The notes under the pieces were generated by a model. The model searched no databases. It saw only the letters and a list, made by a program, of their open reading frames with translations, and was not told the DNA's origin. Below, piece by piece: positions 19,316 to 30,000 of a stretch of 31,630 nucleotides of DNA. Position 1 is the first letter of the stretch; each line of letters starts with the position of its first letter. The stretch lies in NCBI GenBank assembly GCA_027858555.1, contig JAQICP010000107.1, positions 1-31,630 of the forward strand. Direction: 5' to 3'. Both the position numbers and the translations under genes were made by a program. Origin of the DNA: Vallitaleaceae bacterium. Its GTDB lineage: Bacteria > Bacillota > Clostridia > Lachnospirales > Vallitaleaceae.

Positions 19316-21244
19316 TTATGACAAGACAATCTGTTTATATCTTCTTATGGTGATCCAGTAGTACAAAAAGAATATGGCCGTAACAGTTAAACTACTATAG
19401 ATGAGTGGCACCAGTAAGCTGATACCCATAAATCTTTCCAGTGCTTTACTGGCAAAATAGGCATGTACAAAAGCAATCATAAGAGGAAAGGCAAAGAAAA
19501 TACTGACCTGTTTATTTATAACAGAAAGAATGGCCTTTTTGCCCATTCCCAGTTTGTACAGCAACCTAAATGTGTGAATGTCTTCACTGGCATTGCTAAT
19601 GATTTTGAAATAGATAATGCTGCCAGTTGCCACAATAAAGGTCAGTGTCAAAAAGATGCCAATCACATAGAATAATTGTATAAAAATGAATATGGTTTCA
19701 CTTTCCATGGCTAAACTGGTCATGGTGTAATCTAAGGTGACCTGATAGTCATCTGCTATCTGCTGAAGCGCTACAGCATGGATTTTTAAAAAATCCTCAT
19801 CGTTCACAATTTTGATGCCGTTGAAATAATATTGCTTTAACTGCCCATTTTCATCCACTGCAATGGACGATTTTAATGATTCATACAATTGATCATTCAC
19901 AATCATGGTATCATTACGATTGCCAAATAGGGGGGCTTTTATACTTTTTTGTGTATTATATTTGACGCCTTCTACATCGATATATTTTACATTGGCGACT
20001 GTAATAATTGATTCCCCAGGATTTAAATACAAACACTGGTTATCATCTAACGCTCCATTGTATAAAACTGCCTTTTCTGTCTTGTAATCCATTGATTGCA
20101 CACTGTTTTTATAAGTTGCATAAGCAACGATATCCATTTGACTAGAACCTCGATAGACGGAGAGCCCGGCACTCTTTATGACATAATAAGGTAAGTTTTG
20201 ATTACTATAAGCAAGCTGACCATGTTGTGCCTGGATATATGTTATTAAGTCATCGTATAATCCTGTGGGCGTAGATGTCTCGAATTTGATACTGTAAGGG
20301 TTCCTCACCTTATTCATATCATCGATACCATATTTGAAGGAAGCTGAAGTTGCAAAAGCAGTCAGTGTGCATGCCAAAAAGATAGTAACGGCTGCATAAA
20401 CCTTATAGTTACTGCCGATTCTGTGCATCAAAGTGGAGACTACCAGTAATCGGTTATTTTTATAGATATACTTCTTGAAACTTAAGGCGCGTTTAAAGAA
20501 ACTGGTCATAACACTTCTATACATAAGAGAGGTACCAATAGTCACTAAGATAATGGCTCCAAGTCCAGTAAAAAGAAGATTCATAGTATCCATGATGGCA
20601 CTGCAATAATAGCCACCAAGCAGAATAATCAAGCTGATGATTCCGATGATTATATTACCCCTTGGTATTTGCTCTTCCATGGATTTGCCTTTTAGTAGCG
20701 CCACGATACTTTTAGTTCGAATTCTAAGATAGCCATTGAGTGAAGTAAGTAGTCCTAGCACCATAAAAGTGATTAAGCTTTGAAGAATGGCTCTTGTCGA
20801 TATGTGAAAGTCGATGGTCATACCTAAGTTCAGATATTTTATAGTAATCATAATGAATAGTTTCGAAAATATAATACCCGACAAGACCCCGATTATGGTG
20901 GCTATGGCATATATGATCATATTCTCTATGGCAATAATCATTCCGATCTTTTTAGGTGTTGTTCCTATGAGGATATAGAGTCCGATTTCCTTTTTTCGCT
21001 CTCTGATATAGAAAGTATTGGAGAAAAACAAGAAAAATACAACGAATATCATCATGATGAATATGGCCATGAATGTAAGCGCTCCCACAATATCTGACAT
21101 CTCCATCAAATTAATCGTAGGATTATCAGATAGATTGATGAACTGATAATAGATCATGACAGAAAAAATCATGGAAACAATGTAAAGACGGTATAAGCCT
21201 ATGGAATCTTTCACATTTTTGATTGCTATCTTGAGCATATCCAC
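19316..21244 (-). CDS. BceB-type ABC transporter permease (antimicrobial-peptide sensing/resistance)
   Basis: About 640 aa, RKKEIGLYILIG motif, about 10 TM helices with one large extracellular loop; GTG start at 21244 after GGAGG (ATG 21238 is the alternative). Confidence 0.88.
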   Translation of the reverse strand: MDMLKIAIKNVKDSIGLYRLYIVSMIFSVMIYYQFINLSDNPTINLMEMSDIVGALTFMAIFIMMIFVVFFLFFSNTFYIRERKKEIGLYILIGTTPKKIGMIIAIENMIIYAIATIIGVLSGIIFSKLFIMITIKYLNLGMTIDFHISTRAILQSLITFMVLGLLTSLNGYLRIRTKSIVALLKGKSMEEQIPRGNIIIGIISLIILLGGYYCSAIMDTMNLLFTGLGAIILVTIGTSLMYRSVMTSFFKRALSFKKYIYKNNRLLVVSTLMHRIGSNYKVYAAVTIFLACTLTAFATSASFKYGIDDMNKVRNPYSIKFETSTPTGLYDDLITYIQAQHGQLAYSNQNLPYYVIKSAGLSVYRGSSQMDIVAYATYKNSVQSMDYKTEKAVLYNGALDDNQCLYLNPGESIITVANVKYIDVEGVKYNTQKSIKAPLFGNRNDTMIVNDQLYESLKSSIAVDENGQLKQYYFNGIKIVNDEDFLKIHAVALQQIADDYQVTLDYTMTSLAMESETIFIFIQLFYVIGIFLTLTFIVATGSIIYFKIISNASEDIHTFRLLYKLGMGKKAILSVINKQVSIFFAFPLMIAFVHAYFASKALERFMGISLLVPLIYSSLTVTAIFFLYYWITIRRYKQIVLS

Positions 21245-21245
21245 C

Positions 21246-21995
21246 TTATTCACCTCCAAGATAGATCAACTGATCTAATATCTCATTGTAGAATCGTTCT
21301 CTGACATGGCCACGGTGAAGGGTTGAATGCTCCTTGCCATCTTTTAGAAACACCACACGGCTACTGAAACTGGCACTGAGTGGGTCATGGGTTACCATTA
21401 AGATGGAGATGTTCATGGTGTGATTTAGATATTCAAGTAGATTAAGTAGATCTTTTGAAGAACCAGAATCAAGTGCGCCAGTTGGTTCATCTGCAAGAAC
21501 GATGGTTGGATTTTTGATAATGGCCCGTGCGGTTGCTATCCGTTGTTTTTGCCCGCCTGACATTTCATAAGGATACTTTGTCAGTTGGTCTTCAATCTTA
21601 AGTAAATGCGCTACTTCGTGGACTTTTTTCACGATTTCTTTATGATTGATATTGTCAAAAGTTAGTGGTAAAGCAATATTGTCAAAACCTGTCAAATGAT
21701 CAAGTAAGTTGTACTCTTGAAAAAGAAAACCAAGATTGTTGGAACGGTATTCTGAAAGGTCCTTTACTTTAAGTCCTGTAAGAGAGTGTTCCTTGAAATA
21801 GATGTCTCCTGCGGTGGGTTGGTCAATGGTTGCCAACATATTAAGCAAAGTGGTTTTTCCAGAACCGGATGGACCCATAATGCTAACGAACTCACCCGCT
21901 GTCATGGAAAAATTGACACCGTTAAGTGCCATGGTTTCAACCCCTCTGGATTGGTATGTTTTTTTTATGTCTTTCATTCCGATGATCTGATTCAT
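21246..21995 (-). CDS. BceA-type ABC transporter ATP-binding protein
   Basis: GPSGSGKTT, MSGGQKQR, ADEPTGALDS and MVTHDP.SASF motifs. Confidence 0.92.
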   Translation of the reverse strand: MNQIIGMKDIKKTYQSRGVETMALNGVNFSMTAGEFVSIMGPSGSGKTTLLNMLATIDQPTAGDIYFKEHSLTGLKVKDLSEYRSNNLGFLFQEYNLLDHLTGFDNIALPLTFDNINHKEIVKKVHEVAHLLKIEDQLTKYPYEMSGGQKQRIATARAIIKNPTIVLADEPTGALDSGSSKDLLNLLEYLNHTMNISILMVTHDPLSASFSSRVVFLKDGKEHSTLHRGHVRERFYNEILDQLIYLGGE

Positions 21996-22070
21996 GTACG
22001 CCTCCTGTGTTTATGTTATCTCTTTGAAGGTATTGTACCAATAATAGGCGACTAGGGACATCGTTTCAGA

Positions 22071-22110
22071 TGACATATTGAGCCTACAAAGTGACATTTT
22101 TGTCACTTTG
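22071..22110 (-). promoter_or_regulatory. Putative BceR-family operator upstream of the ABC genes
   Basis: Perfect 10-bp inverted repeat CAAAGTGACA-N4-TGTCACTTTG (22087-22110), plus an extra TGTCA half-site 21 nt downstream on the - strand (22071-22075). Confidence 0.7.
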
Positions 22111-22169
22111 GTTTGTTTCAAACAATAAGTCAGATCAATCAGATGGACCTTATGAATGTGAGTGGTTAT

Positions 22170-23216
22170 CTATTGAGATATATTAAGGTTACTATGCTGC
22201 TTTAATAGGTCGATTTCTGAATCGATGGCGGCAAACACAAGGGTGAAAGTCGTGTATTTATATTGCTCTGAAGAAACACTTAAGCGGATATGCAACAACT
22301 CGGCCATTTTTTTTGATAAATAAAGGCCCATACCTGTAGACTTTGAATGGAGTCGGCCATTACTACCAACAAAACCTTTTTCGAATACCCTTCCGATGTC
22401 ACTGGGTGAAATCCCGATACCGTTGTCTTTTATGCCTATATGTATCTGATGGTCCCGGCTAAAGAGTTCGATACTGATATGGCCGGATGGGTCCATATAC
22501 TTGGTACTATTATGTAAAATCTGACCAACTATATACATGAACCACTTCTTATCGGTCATCAATTTATCATGACTCAGATGATTGGCCACTTCAATACTGA
22601 TATCTTTTTTAATAAAAAATATCTTGTAATCCCTAATAACTTCATTGATAATTTTAACTGGGTCCATCTCTTCAATAAATAGATCCGATTCATAATGATT
22701 GGCTTTGCTGATATACAGGGCAGTGGTCGTATAGTGGCGAATGCGCTCTAATTCGAATAGCAATTCTTCTTTTTGAACACCACTCAGTTGGTCTGCAATC
22801 ATGGTTGAGACAGCGATTGGAATCTTTATTTCGTGAATCCATTGGTTCAGATACATCTCGATTTCTTCCAACCCTTGATCTTTAACATTCAGTTCCTTTT
22901 CATAATTGAAGATGATCAGGTCGATTACCTCTTTCATCATCACCATATCGCTTTCCTTTAAAAGCAACTGGGTATCTAAAATATGTGCTTCTGTCATTTT
23001 TTTATGGAATCTAAGTAGGGTACCCTTATATCGTGAGAAGTCCAATAAAAAAAAGCAAAAGATACAAATGATGATGAGACCGCTCAGATACCTTAAATCA
23101 ACATCTTTCAGATTGGTACTACTCGTAAATACGACACTGTTAAGTATGATTAAAATAGCGACTAACAAAATATAAAAATACCTTCTACTGATAAAGTATA
23201 ACTTAAATCTTTTCAT
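22170..23216 (-). CDS. BceS/GraS-type intramembrane-sensing histidine kinase
   Basis: Two N-terminal TM helices with a short loop, H-box WIHEIKIPI, and ATPase motifs NSTKY, DNGIGI and GMGLY. Confidence 0.9.
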   Translation of the reverse strand: MKRFKLYFISRRYFYILLVAILIILNSVVFTSSTNLKDVDLRYLSGLIIICIFCFFLLDFSRYKGTLLRFHKKMTEAHILDTQLLLKESDMVMMKEVIDLIIFNYEKELNVKDQGLEEIEMYLNQWIHEIKIPIAVSTMIADQLSGVQKEELLFELERIRHYTTTALYISKANHYESDLFIEEMDPVKIINEVIRDYKIFFIKKDISIEVANHLSHDKLMTDKKWFMYIVGQILHNSTKYMDPSGHISIELFSRDHQIHIGIKDNGIGISPSDIGRVFEKGFVGSNGRLHSKSTGMGLYLSKKMAELLHIRLSVSSEQYKYTTFTLVFAAIDSEIDLLKQHSNLNISQ

Positions 23217-23224
23217 ACACCATC

Positions 23225-23902
23225 CTATTCTATTAGCATGTACCCAAGACCTTTTTTAGTCTGAATATAATCAGTACCTAATAATGCTTCTAGTTTATGT
23301 CGTAAACGATTGATATTGACAGTTAAAGTATTTTCATTAACAAACTGATCATCATCCCATAGGGCCCGCATCATTTGTGCTCTTGATACAATCTTATTTT
23401 TATGCTCGAGTAGTAGTGTTAGGATTCGTAACTCATTACGGGTGAGATCAATCCATACTTCTTCATATAGTATCTGAGACCTATTAAGATACAGGTGCAA
23501 ACCTTTGAAAGTAAGCACAGGCTCTTGTAATTCGGTGTAGCCATATGCTCGGCGCATCATCGCATTGATTTTGGCAATCAGTACGTCCATACTAAAAGGT
23601 TTGGTTAAAAAATCATCGCCACCCATATTCATCGCCATGACAATATCCTTGTCTGAATCTCTGCTAGATAGAAACAAGATGGGTACACTTGATATCTCTC
23701 TAATTTTATTACACCAATAGAAGCCGTCAAAAGTAGGGAGTCCAATATCCATGATCACAAGCTTGGCATATGATTCTGAAAATGTCGTCAGGCAATCGTT
23801 AAAATCAATGTCGATGATAACCTGAAATTGCCACTTTTGAAGGGCTTCTTTTAATTTTATGCTTAAATGTCTGTCATCTTCAATTAGTAGTATTTTATCC
23901 AT
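23225..23902 (-). CDS. BceR/GraR-type OmpR-family response regulator
   Basis: DIGLPTFDGFYWC, GGDDFLTKPF and NTLTVNINRLR motifs. Confidence 0.92.
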   Translation of the reverse strand: MDKILLIEDDRHLSIKLKEALQKWQFQVIIDIDFNDCLTTFSESYAKLVIMDIGLPTFDGFYWCNKIREISSVPILFLSSRDSDKDIVMAMNMGGDDFLTKPFSMDVLIAKINAMMRRAYGYTELQEPVLTFKGLHLYLNRSQILYEEVWIDLTRNELRILTLLLEHKNKIVSRAQMMRALWDDDQFVNENTLTVNINRLRHKLEALLGTDYIQTKKGLGYMLIE

Positions 23903-23932
23903 AGCAAGCTCCTGTTATTTATTCTATGTCTC

Positions 23933-23961
23933 ATTCTAACCAAAGTATAAGTTGATGTAAA
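23933..23961 (-). promoter_or_regulatory. Putative sigma-A promoter of the two-component genes
   Basis: On the - strand, TTTACA-17 nt-TAGAAT upstream of AGGAG and ATG 23902. Confidence 0.7.
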
Positions 23962-23963
23962 GC

Positions 23964-23989
23964 GTTAGGGTAAGAATACTTACCCTAAC
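23964..23989 (-). terminator. Stem-loop, probable terminator of the GyrI-like gene
   Basis: Perfect 11-bp stem GTTAGGGTAAG-N4-CTTACCCTAAC; only GCTTT follows on the - strand. Confidence 0.55.
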
Positions 23990-24214
23990 ACTGTATGGCT
24001 TCAAGCCTCAAGGCGTTAAACCAAATCAGTAACCAGTATATTTACCAGTATATTAACAAGCGTATTGGCACGAATATAAAGCAAGTGTACTAGAAAGAGG
24101 CTTTCCATGAGCGCTAATATTAGCAGTACTGCTCAGAATCGGTAGCCTAAGAATAGGTGTAGTGATTCGTATATGCGATATCTAAGTAATTATAAGGCAG
24201 TAGCTGAGATGAAT

Positions 24215-24670
24215 CTAAAGAACAGGGATGCATATTTCACATAAGTGTTCCCTAAGAAGTTCTGCCTTGTAGCGTTCTATCAGTGGTCTTGATTCATCAA
24301 TTATAAACCCTTTTCCCATCAATTCTTCAAATATACTGCCCCAAGCATTCTGAATTGCCTCGGCTGTGTGGGCTATCATAAGTACGGCATATTTCCCACC
24401 AAGGATATGATCGGTGAACACGCCATCTTCAACAGGACCATAGTCACTTGCAACCACCAAGCAGGTATCGTATCTGCAAGCCTCAGGTTTTACCAGCCTA
24501 GGATTATCTTGTATGATACCAAGAATCACAGAGCTAGCTGTTAATAAGCCTTTGGTTATAAGCCATGATTTGAACTTCTCCATTAGCTGAAAGTTAGAGA
24601 AGCCATAGGGACCTGTTTTTCGCATGTAGATAACCTTAACAGATGCCATTTTTTCAATTGTAATAGTCAT
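24215..24670 (-). CDS. Stand-alone GyrI-like small-molecule-binding domain protein
   Basis: YMRKTGPYG, DNP..V.PE.CRYD.C, GGKYAV and RP.IERY motifs; start at 24670 by the GAAAGGT RBS; no AraC HTH fused. Confidence 0.85.
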   Translation of the reverse strand: MTITIEKMASVKVIYMRKTGPYGFSNFQLMEKFKSWLITKGLLTASSVILGIIQDNPRLVKPEACRYDTCLVVASDYGPVEDGVFTDHILGGKYAVLMIAHTAEAIQNAWGSIFEELMGKGFIIDESRPLIERYKAELLREHLCEICIPVL

Positions 24671-24715
24671 ATATTTGTTACCTTTCTGATACAAAGTACA
24701 TCGATGCCTGAAATC

Positions 24716-24744
24716 ATCATATAATGCTATAAAATGAAAAACAA
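24716..24744 (-). promoter_or_regulatory. Possible sigma-A promoter for the GyrI-like gene
   Basis: On the - strand, TTGTTT-17 nt-TATGAT in an AT-rich context. Confidence 0.35.
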
Positions 24745-24978
24745 TAGTTTTTTGAAAAGTTTTTAGTTAGTTATTGCTAGTTACCGTTTTGTCAAAATTG
24801 TTGAAATACTAGAATTGTTCCTATTATGCAAGATGACTTATGCAAATGTAGTTTTTCTGTCTGGAAGTTAGGGATGGAGATGGGGGTGGAGATGCGGATA
24901 TTTTCGTGGGATTTAATTTTCCCTTTGACAATCGATATCAGTTGACGTTAGGTGACTGAAAAAATCGGTCAATGAAAA

Positions 24979-24990
24979 GAACATATGTTT
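24979..24990. promoter_or_regulatory. LexA (SOS) box
   Basis: GAAC-ATAT-GTTT matches the Firmicutes GAAC-N4-GTTC consensus at 7 of 8 positions; it lies upstream of uvrBA and overlaps a -35 element. Confidence 0.8.
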
Positions 24991-25016
24991 GCATATCTTT
25001 TAATCTATGGTATAAT
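24988..25016 (+). promoter_or_regulatory. Distal sigma-A promoter of uvrBA
   Basis: TTTGCA-17 nt-TATAAT with an extended -10 (TGgTATAAT). Confidence 0.7.
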
Positions 25017-25065
25017 ATCATCATTATAAATACTACACCACAATTAAATGTTAACATTGTATTCC

Positions 25066-25094
25066 TTGAACTTAACAGGGTTTTAGACTATAAT
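25066..25094 (+). promoter_or_regulatory. Proximal sigma-A promoter of uvrBA
   Basis: TTGAAC-17 nt-TATAAT, 36 nt before ATG 25131. Confidence 0.6.
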
Positions 25095-25130
25095 CTAAAG
25101 ACCGTATTGATTATATAAGTGAGGTGCGTT

Positions 25131-27125
25131 ATGGGTCAATTCAAAATTGTATCAGATTTTCAGCCAACCGGTGATCAACCAGAAGCTATCAAGACTTTGG
25201 TGGATGGCTTTAAGGCGGGCAAAAAGCGAGAGACACTCTTGGGTGTTACTGGTTCAGGTAAGACTTTCACCATGGCACATGTCATCGAACAGTTGAAGAA
25301 ACCGACTTTGATTATCGCCCACAACAAGACCCTGGCTGCTCAACTCTATTCTGAGTTCAAAGAGTTTTTTCCTGAGAACAGAGTAGAGTATTTTGTTAGT
25401 TATTATGATTATTATCAGCCTGAGGCCTATATGGCTTCAACGGATACTTATATAGAAAAAGATTCAGCCATCAATGACGAGATTGATAAATTAAGACACT
25501 CTGCAACAGCTGCGTTATCTGAACGAGATGATGTGATCATAGTTGCCAGCGTATCTTGCATATACGGACTAGGTAGTCCTATCGACTATGCCAATATGGT
25601 GATTTCAATCAGAAAAGGCATGGTAAAGAAACGGAATGAATTGCTTAAGAAATTAGTATCACTTCAGTATAGTCGTAATGATTTGGATTTTGCCAGATCG
25701 ACCTTTAGGGTAAGAGGTGATGTGGTTGAGGTGTACCCTGCCTATTCAACGGACATTGCTTATCGTTTTGAATTTTTTGGTGATGAGATTGATAGAATTA
25801 CTGAGATCAAGACACTGACTGGCGAGGTGATAACAGAAGTGGAACATGCCGTTATATTTCCAGCGTCTCATTATGTGATTCCAAAAGAACGTATTGAAGA
25901 AGCGTGCGCGAATATAGAAGAAGAGATGCATGTAGCCGTCGCTGATTTCAAAGCTGAAGTGAAGTTGATTGAAGCACAAAGAATAGCGCAAAGGACTAAT
26001 TTTGATATAGAGATGTTACGGGAGACAGGGATTTGTTCAGGAATCGAGAACTATTCCAGACATCTGAATGGTACGGCCGAAGGTGCGCCACCACATACCT
26101 TGATAGACTATTTCCCTGATGATTTTCTAGTGATTATTGATGAGACACATATGAGCTTGCCACAGATTAGGGGCATGTATGCAGGGGACCAGGCAAGGAA
26201 GCAGAATCTTGTGGAATATGGTTTCAGGTTAAAATCGGCTAAAGACAATCGACCACTTAATTTTCCGGAATTTGAAAAGAAGATTAACCAAGTCATGTAT
26301 GTATCTGCCACACCAGGACCTTATGAGAAGGAACATCAGGAATTATTCGCAGAACAGATCATCAGACCCACCGGTCTCGTTGATCCGGAGATAGAGGTAC
26401 GACCAGTAACAGGTCAAGTGGATGACTTGATCACAGAGGTCCATAAAGTGGTTGAAGATGGCGACAAGATTCTAATCACGACACTCACCAAGCGCATGTC
26501 AGAGGACCTTACTGACTATATGAAAGAACTTGGTATTAAAGTAAGGTATCTCCATTCAGATATCGATACTTTAGAGCGCATCGAGATTATCAGGGACCTC
26601 AGAATGGATGTGTTTGATGTCCTAATCGGCATCAACTTGCTTCGTGAGGGCCTAGATATTCCAGAAGTGGCGCTGATTGCCATATTAGACGCTGATAAAG
26701 AAGGCTTCCTCAGATCTGAAACTGCGTTGATTCAGACGGTTGGTAGGGCAGCTAGAAACGATCACGGCCGTGTTATCATGTACGCGGATAAGATAACGCC
26801 TTCCATGGAGCGCGCCATCGGTGAAACGGCTAGACGTCGCCAGATACAGCGCGATTACAATGAAACCCACGGTATCACCCCACAAACCATTAAAAAGGCA
26901 GTGCGTGATTTAATTAAAATGAGTAAAAAATCTGATTCCAAGGGTAGATACAAGTTAGACAAGGACCCAGAATCAATGAATAGAGAAGAACTTGAAAATA
27001 CAAGTATAAAACTATCAGCTGAGATGAAGCGGGCGGCATCGGACTTACAATTCGAACTTGCGGCCAAGCTTCGTGATGAACTGCTAAAAGTTAACAAACA
27101 GATCCAAATATACAAAGGAGAATAG
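25131..27125 (+). CDS. uvrB: Excinuclease ABC subunit B
   Basis: [31 protein letters not shown] and [10 protein letters not shown] motifs and a C-terminal UVR domain; GAGGTG RBS gives the start at 25131. Confidence 0.99.
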   Translation: MGQFKIVSDFQPTGDQPEAIKTLVDGFKAGKKRETLLGVTGSGKTFTMAHVIEQLKKPTLIIAHNKTLAAQLYSEFKEFFPENRVEYFVSYYDYYQPEAYMASTDTYIEKDSAINDEIDKLRHSATAALSERDDVIIVASVSCIYGLGSPIDYANMVISIRKGMVKKRNELLKKLVSLQYSRNDLDFARSTFRVRGDVVEVYPAYSTDIAYRFEFFGDEIDRITEIKTLTGEVITEVEHAVIFPASHYVIPKERIEEACANIEEEMHVAVADFKAEVKLIEAQRIAQRTNFDIEMLRETGICSGIENYSRHLNGTAEGAPPHTLIDYFPDDFLVIIDETHMSLPQIRGMYAGDQARKQNLVEYGFRLKSAKDNRPLNFPEFEKKINQVMYVSATPGPYEKEHQELFAEQIIRPTGLVDPEIEVRPVTGQVDDLITEVHKVVEDGDKILITTLTKRMSEDLTDYMKELGIKVRYLHSDIDTLERIEIIRDLRMDVFDVLIGINLLREGLDIPEVALIAILDADKEGFLRSETALIQTVGRAARNDHGRVIMYADKITPSMERAIGETARRRQIQRDYNETHGITPQTIKKAVRDLIKMSKKSDSKGRYKLDKDPESMNREELENTSIKLSAEMKRAASDLQFELAAKLRDELLKVNKQIQIYKGE

Positions 27126-27126
27126 T

Positions 27127-29982
27127 ATGATAAACAGTGAACAAACTAGTGCAAAAAACAGTATCATCATAAAAGGCGCCAGAGAGCATAACTTAAAAAA
27201 TATAGATTTAATCATTCCACGGGACAAATTGGTGGTATTTACAGGGCTCAGTGGTTCGGGTAAGTCTTCACTGGCATTTGATACCATCTATGCTGAGGGA
27301 CAACGCCGTTATGTGGAGTCCTTGTCAAGTTACGCCAGACAGTTCCTTGGACAGATGGAAAAACCTGATGTGGATTCCATTGAAGGGCTATCACCAGCCA
27401 TATCCATAGATCAAAAAACAACCAATAGAAATCCAAGGTCTACTGTTGGAACGGTTACGGAGATCTATGATTATTTCAGACTTTTGTTTGCTAGAGTCGG
27501 TGTGCCACATTGTCCAACTTGTGGAAAAATCATTAAGAAGCAAACAGTCGATCAGATTGTAGATCAGCTATTAGAACTACCTGAGGGCAGTAAAATTCAA
27601 CTTTTAGCGCCTGTCATAAGAGGACGCAAGGGTGAACATACCAAGCTCATAGATCATGCTAAAAGAAGTGGCTACGTACGCGCTATTATTGATGATAATC
27701 TATATGACCTATCTGAGGACATTGTCCTTGATAAGAATGTCAAACATACCATCGAGATTGTTGTGGATAGACTGGTGATTAATTCGGATGTCCAGTCCAG
27801 ACTTTCTGAATCCATAGAAACCGTCATGCATTTGACTGGTGGGATTATGGCAGTGGATGTGATTGATGGTGAGAAGATTAATTTCAGTCAGAGTTTTGCC
27901 TGTCCAGACGGCCATATTAGTGTTGAAGAAATTGAACCACGTATGTTTTCTTTCAATAATCCTTTTGGGGCATGTCCAGCATGCCATGGACTTGGCTATA
28001 TGATGGAGTTCGACCCTGAACTGGTTGTACCAAAAAAAGATATCAGCCTACTTGAGGGTGCAATCGTAGCACCTGGGTGGCGTGGTGCATCTCATGATAC
28101 CAGCTATCTGCAGGCTATGCTAAAAGCACTATCTGAAGAATACAAATTTGATCTGAACACCCCATATAAAGATTTACCTAAAAAAGTCAAAAACCTACTG
28201 ATGCACGGTTCTAATAAGAAAGTCACGGTTCAGTATTCATCTGAAAGAGGCTCTGTCAAGTACGACATGGTTTTTGAAGGTATTATCAATAGCCTGGCCA
28301 GACGTTATAAAGAGACCTCTTCTGAATACATGCGCCAAGAATATGAGAAATATATGACGAATAATGATTGCCCGACTTGTAAAGGTCAGCGATTGAAACC
28401 AGAGGCATTAGGTGTTCGTATTGATGGTCATAACATTGTTGAAATAACAGATATGGCGATTATTGAAATCAAGCAACTTTTTGACACAATTAAACTAACG
28501 GATCGTGATCTATTAATTGGAGATCAGATCATTAAAGAAATAAGCGGAAGAGTCAAATTCCTCGTAGATGTAGGACTAGATTACTTGACACTTTCTCGTT
28601 CAGCCGGTACGCTTTCTGGTGGTGAAGCTCAAAGAATTCGTTTGGCAACTCAGATTGGGTCTGGTTTAGTTGGGGTGGTCTATATATTAGATGAGCCTTC
28701 CATTGGCTTGCATCAAAGAGATAATGCCAGATTATTGACCACACTCAAGCATTTGCGAGACCTGGGCAATACGCTCATTGTGGTGGAGCATGATGAAGAA
28801 ACCATGGACGAAGCCGATTATATCGTCGATATCGGTCCTGGTGCCGGTTCCCATGGTGGTGAAATAGTAGCACAGGGTGATGCTGCAGTTATTATGGCGT
28901 GTAAAGCATCCATAACCGGTGCTTATCTAAGTGGTAAAAAATTCATTGATGTACCAACAAAGCGACGTCCGTCAAATGGACATTTCTTAAAGATTATCGG
29001 TGCTTCAGAGAACAACCTTCAGCATGTTGATGTGGCTATTCCTCTTGGTGTTTTTACTGCTGTAACAGGGGTTTCAGGTTCGGGCAAAAGTTCGTTGGTC
29101 AATGAAATCCTATACAAGCGTCTGGCGAGAGATCTGAACAGAGCTCTTAAAAGACCAGGAAAACATGACGATATGTTAGGTCTGGAACATCTAGACAAAG
29201 TCATTGATATCGATCAATCACCGATTGGCAGAACGCCGCGTTCCAATCCAGCTACTTATACCAAAGTATTTGACTTTATCAGAGATATATTTACACAGAC
29301 TGCTGAATCAAAACTTAGGGGTTACAAAAAAGGTCGGTTTAGTTTTAATGTCAAAGGTGGCCGTTGTGAGGCCTGTAGTGGTGATGGTATTATCAAGATT
29401 GAAATGCACTTCCTACCGGATGTCTATGTACCATGCGAGGTCTGTCACGGGAAGCGCTATAACAGGGAAACATTGGACATCAGATACAAAGGTAAAAACA
29501 TAGCAGATGTGCTTGATATGAATGTGGAGGAAGCATTGACATTCTTTGAGAACATCCCTAAGATATATAGTAAGATGGTGACGCTCAATGATGTCGGCTT
29601 ATCGTATATCAAGCTGGGTCAACCTTCAACGACCCTGTCAGGCGGAGAGGCTCAGCGAATCAAGTTGGCCACAGAATTGTCTAAAAGAAGCACAGGTAAG
29701 ACCATGTACATATTGGATGAACCTACCACAGGTTTGCATTTTGAAGATGTCAGTAAGCTGGTCCATATCCTACAGCGTTTGGTAGAGGGCGGCAACACGG
29801 TACTGGTTATTGAACATAACTTGGATGTCATTAAAACGGCAGACCATGTTATTGACCTGGGACCTGAAGGTGGTAGCAGAGGTGGCTTGATCATCGGCAC
29901 TGGCACACCAGAAGAATTGGTTAATGTTGAAGCATCCTATACAGGTCAGTATTTGAAAAGGGTATTAACAAAGAAGTGCTAA
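27127..29982 (+). CDS. uvrA: Excinuclease ABC subunit A
   Basis: [10 protein letters not shown], two Walker A motifs ([18 protein letters not shown]), two LSGGEAQR signatures and zinc-finger CxxC pairs; 951 aa. Confidence 0.99.
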   Translation: MINSEQTSAKNSIIIKGAREHNLKNIDLIIPRDKLVVFTGLSGSGKSSLAFDTIYAEGQRRYVESLSSYARQFLGQMEKPDVDSIEGLSPAISIDQKTTNRNPRSTVGTVTEIYDYFRLLFARVGVPHCPTCGKIIKKQTVDQIVDQLLELPEGSKIQLLAPVIRGRKGEHTKLIDHAKRSGYVRAIIDDNLYDLSEDIVLDKNVKHTIEIVVDRLVINSDVQSRLSESIETVMHLTGGIMAVDVIDGEKINFSQSFACPDGHISVEEIEPRMFSFNNPFGACPACHGLGYMMEFDPELVVPKKDISLLEGAIVAPGWRGASHDTSYLQAMLKALSEEYKFDLNTPYKDLPKKVKNLLMHGSNKKVTVQYSSERGSVKYDMVFEGIINSLARRYKETSSEYMRQEYEKYMTNNDCPTCKGQRLKPEALGVRIDGHNIVEITDMAIIEIKQLFDTIKLTDRDLLIGDQIIKEISGRVKFLVDVGLDYLTLSRSAGTLSGGEAQRIRLATQIGSGLVGVVYILDEPSIGLHQRDNARLLTTLKHLRDLGNTLIVVEHDEETMDEADYIVDIGPGAGSHGGEIVAQGDAAVIMACKASITGAYLSGKKFIDVPTKRRPSNGHFLKIIGASENNLQHVDVAIPLGVFTAVTGVSGSGKSSLVNEILYKRLARDLNRALKRPGKHDDMLGLEHLDKVIDIDQSPIGRTPRSNPATYTKVFDFIRDIFTQTAESKLRGYKKGRFSFNVKGGRCEACSGDGIIKIEMHFLPDVYVPCEVCHGKRYNRETLDIRYKGKNIADVLDMNVEEALTFFENIPKIYSKMVTLNDVGLSYIKLGQPSTTLSGGEAQRIKLATELSKRSTGKTMYILDEPTTGLHFEDVSKLVHILQRLVEGGNTVLVIEHNLDVIKTADHVIDLGPEGGSRGGLIIGTGTPEELVNVEASYTGQYLKRVLTKKC

Positions 29983-30000
29983 TGAAGATGGGTAACAAGG

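Noticed and set aside
24003-24110. Small ORF of about 30 codons on the - strand (MESLFLVHLL...)
   Set aside because: No RBS, and its repetitive NILV content simply reflects the DNA repeat.
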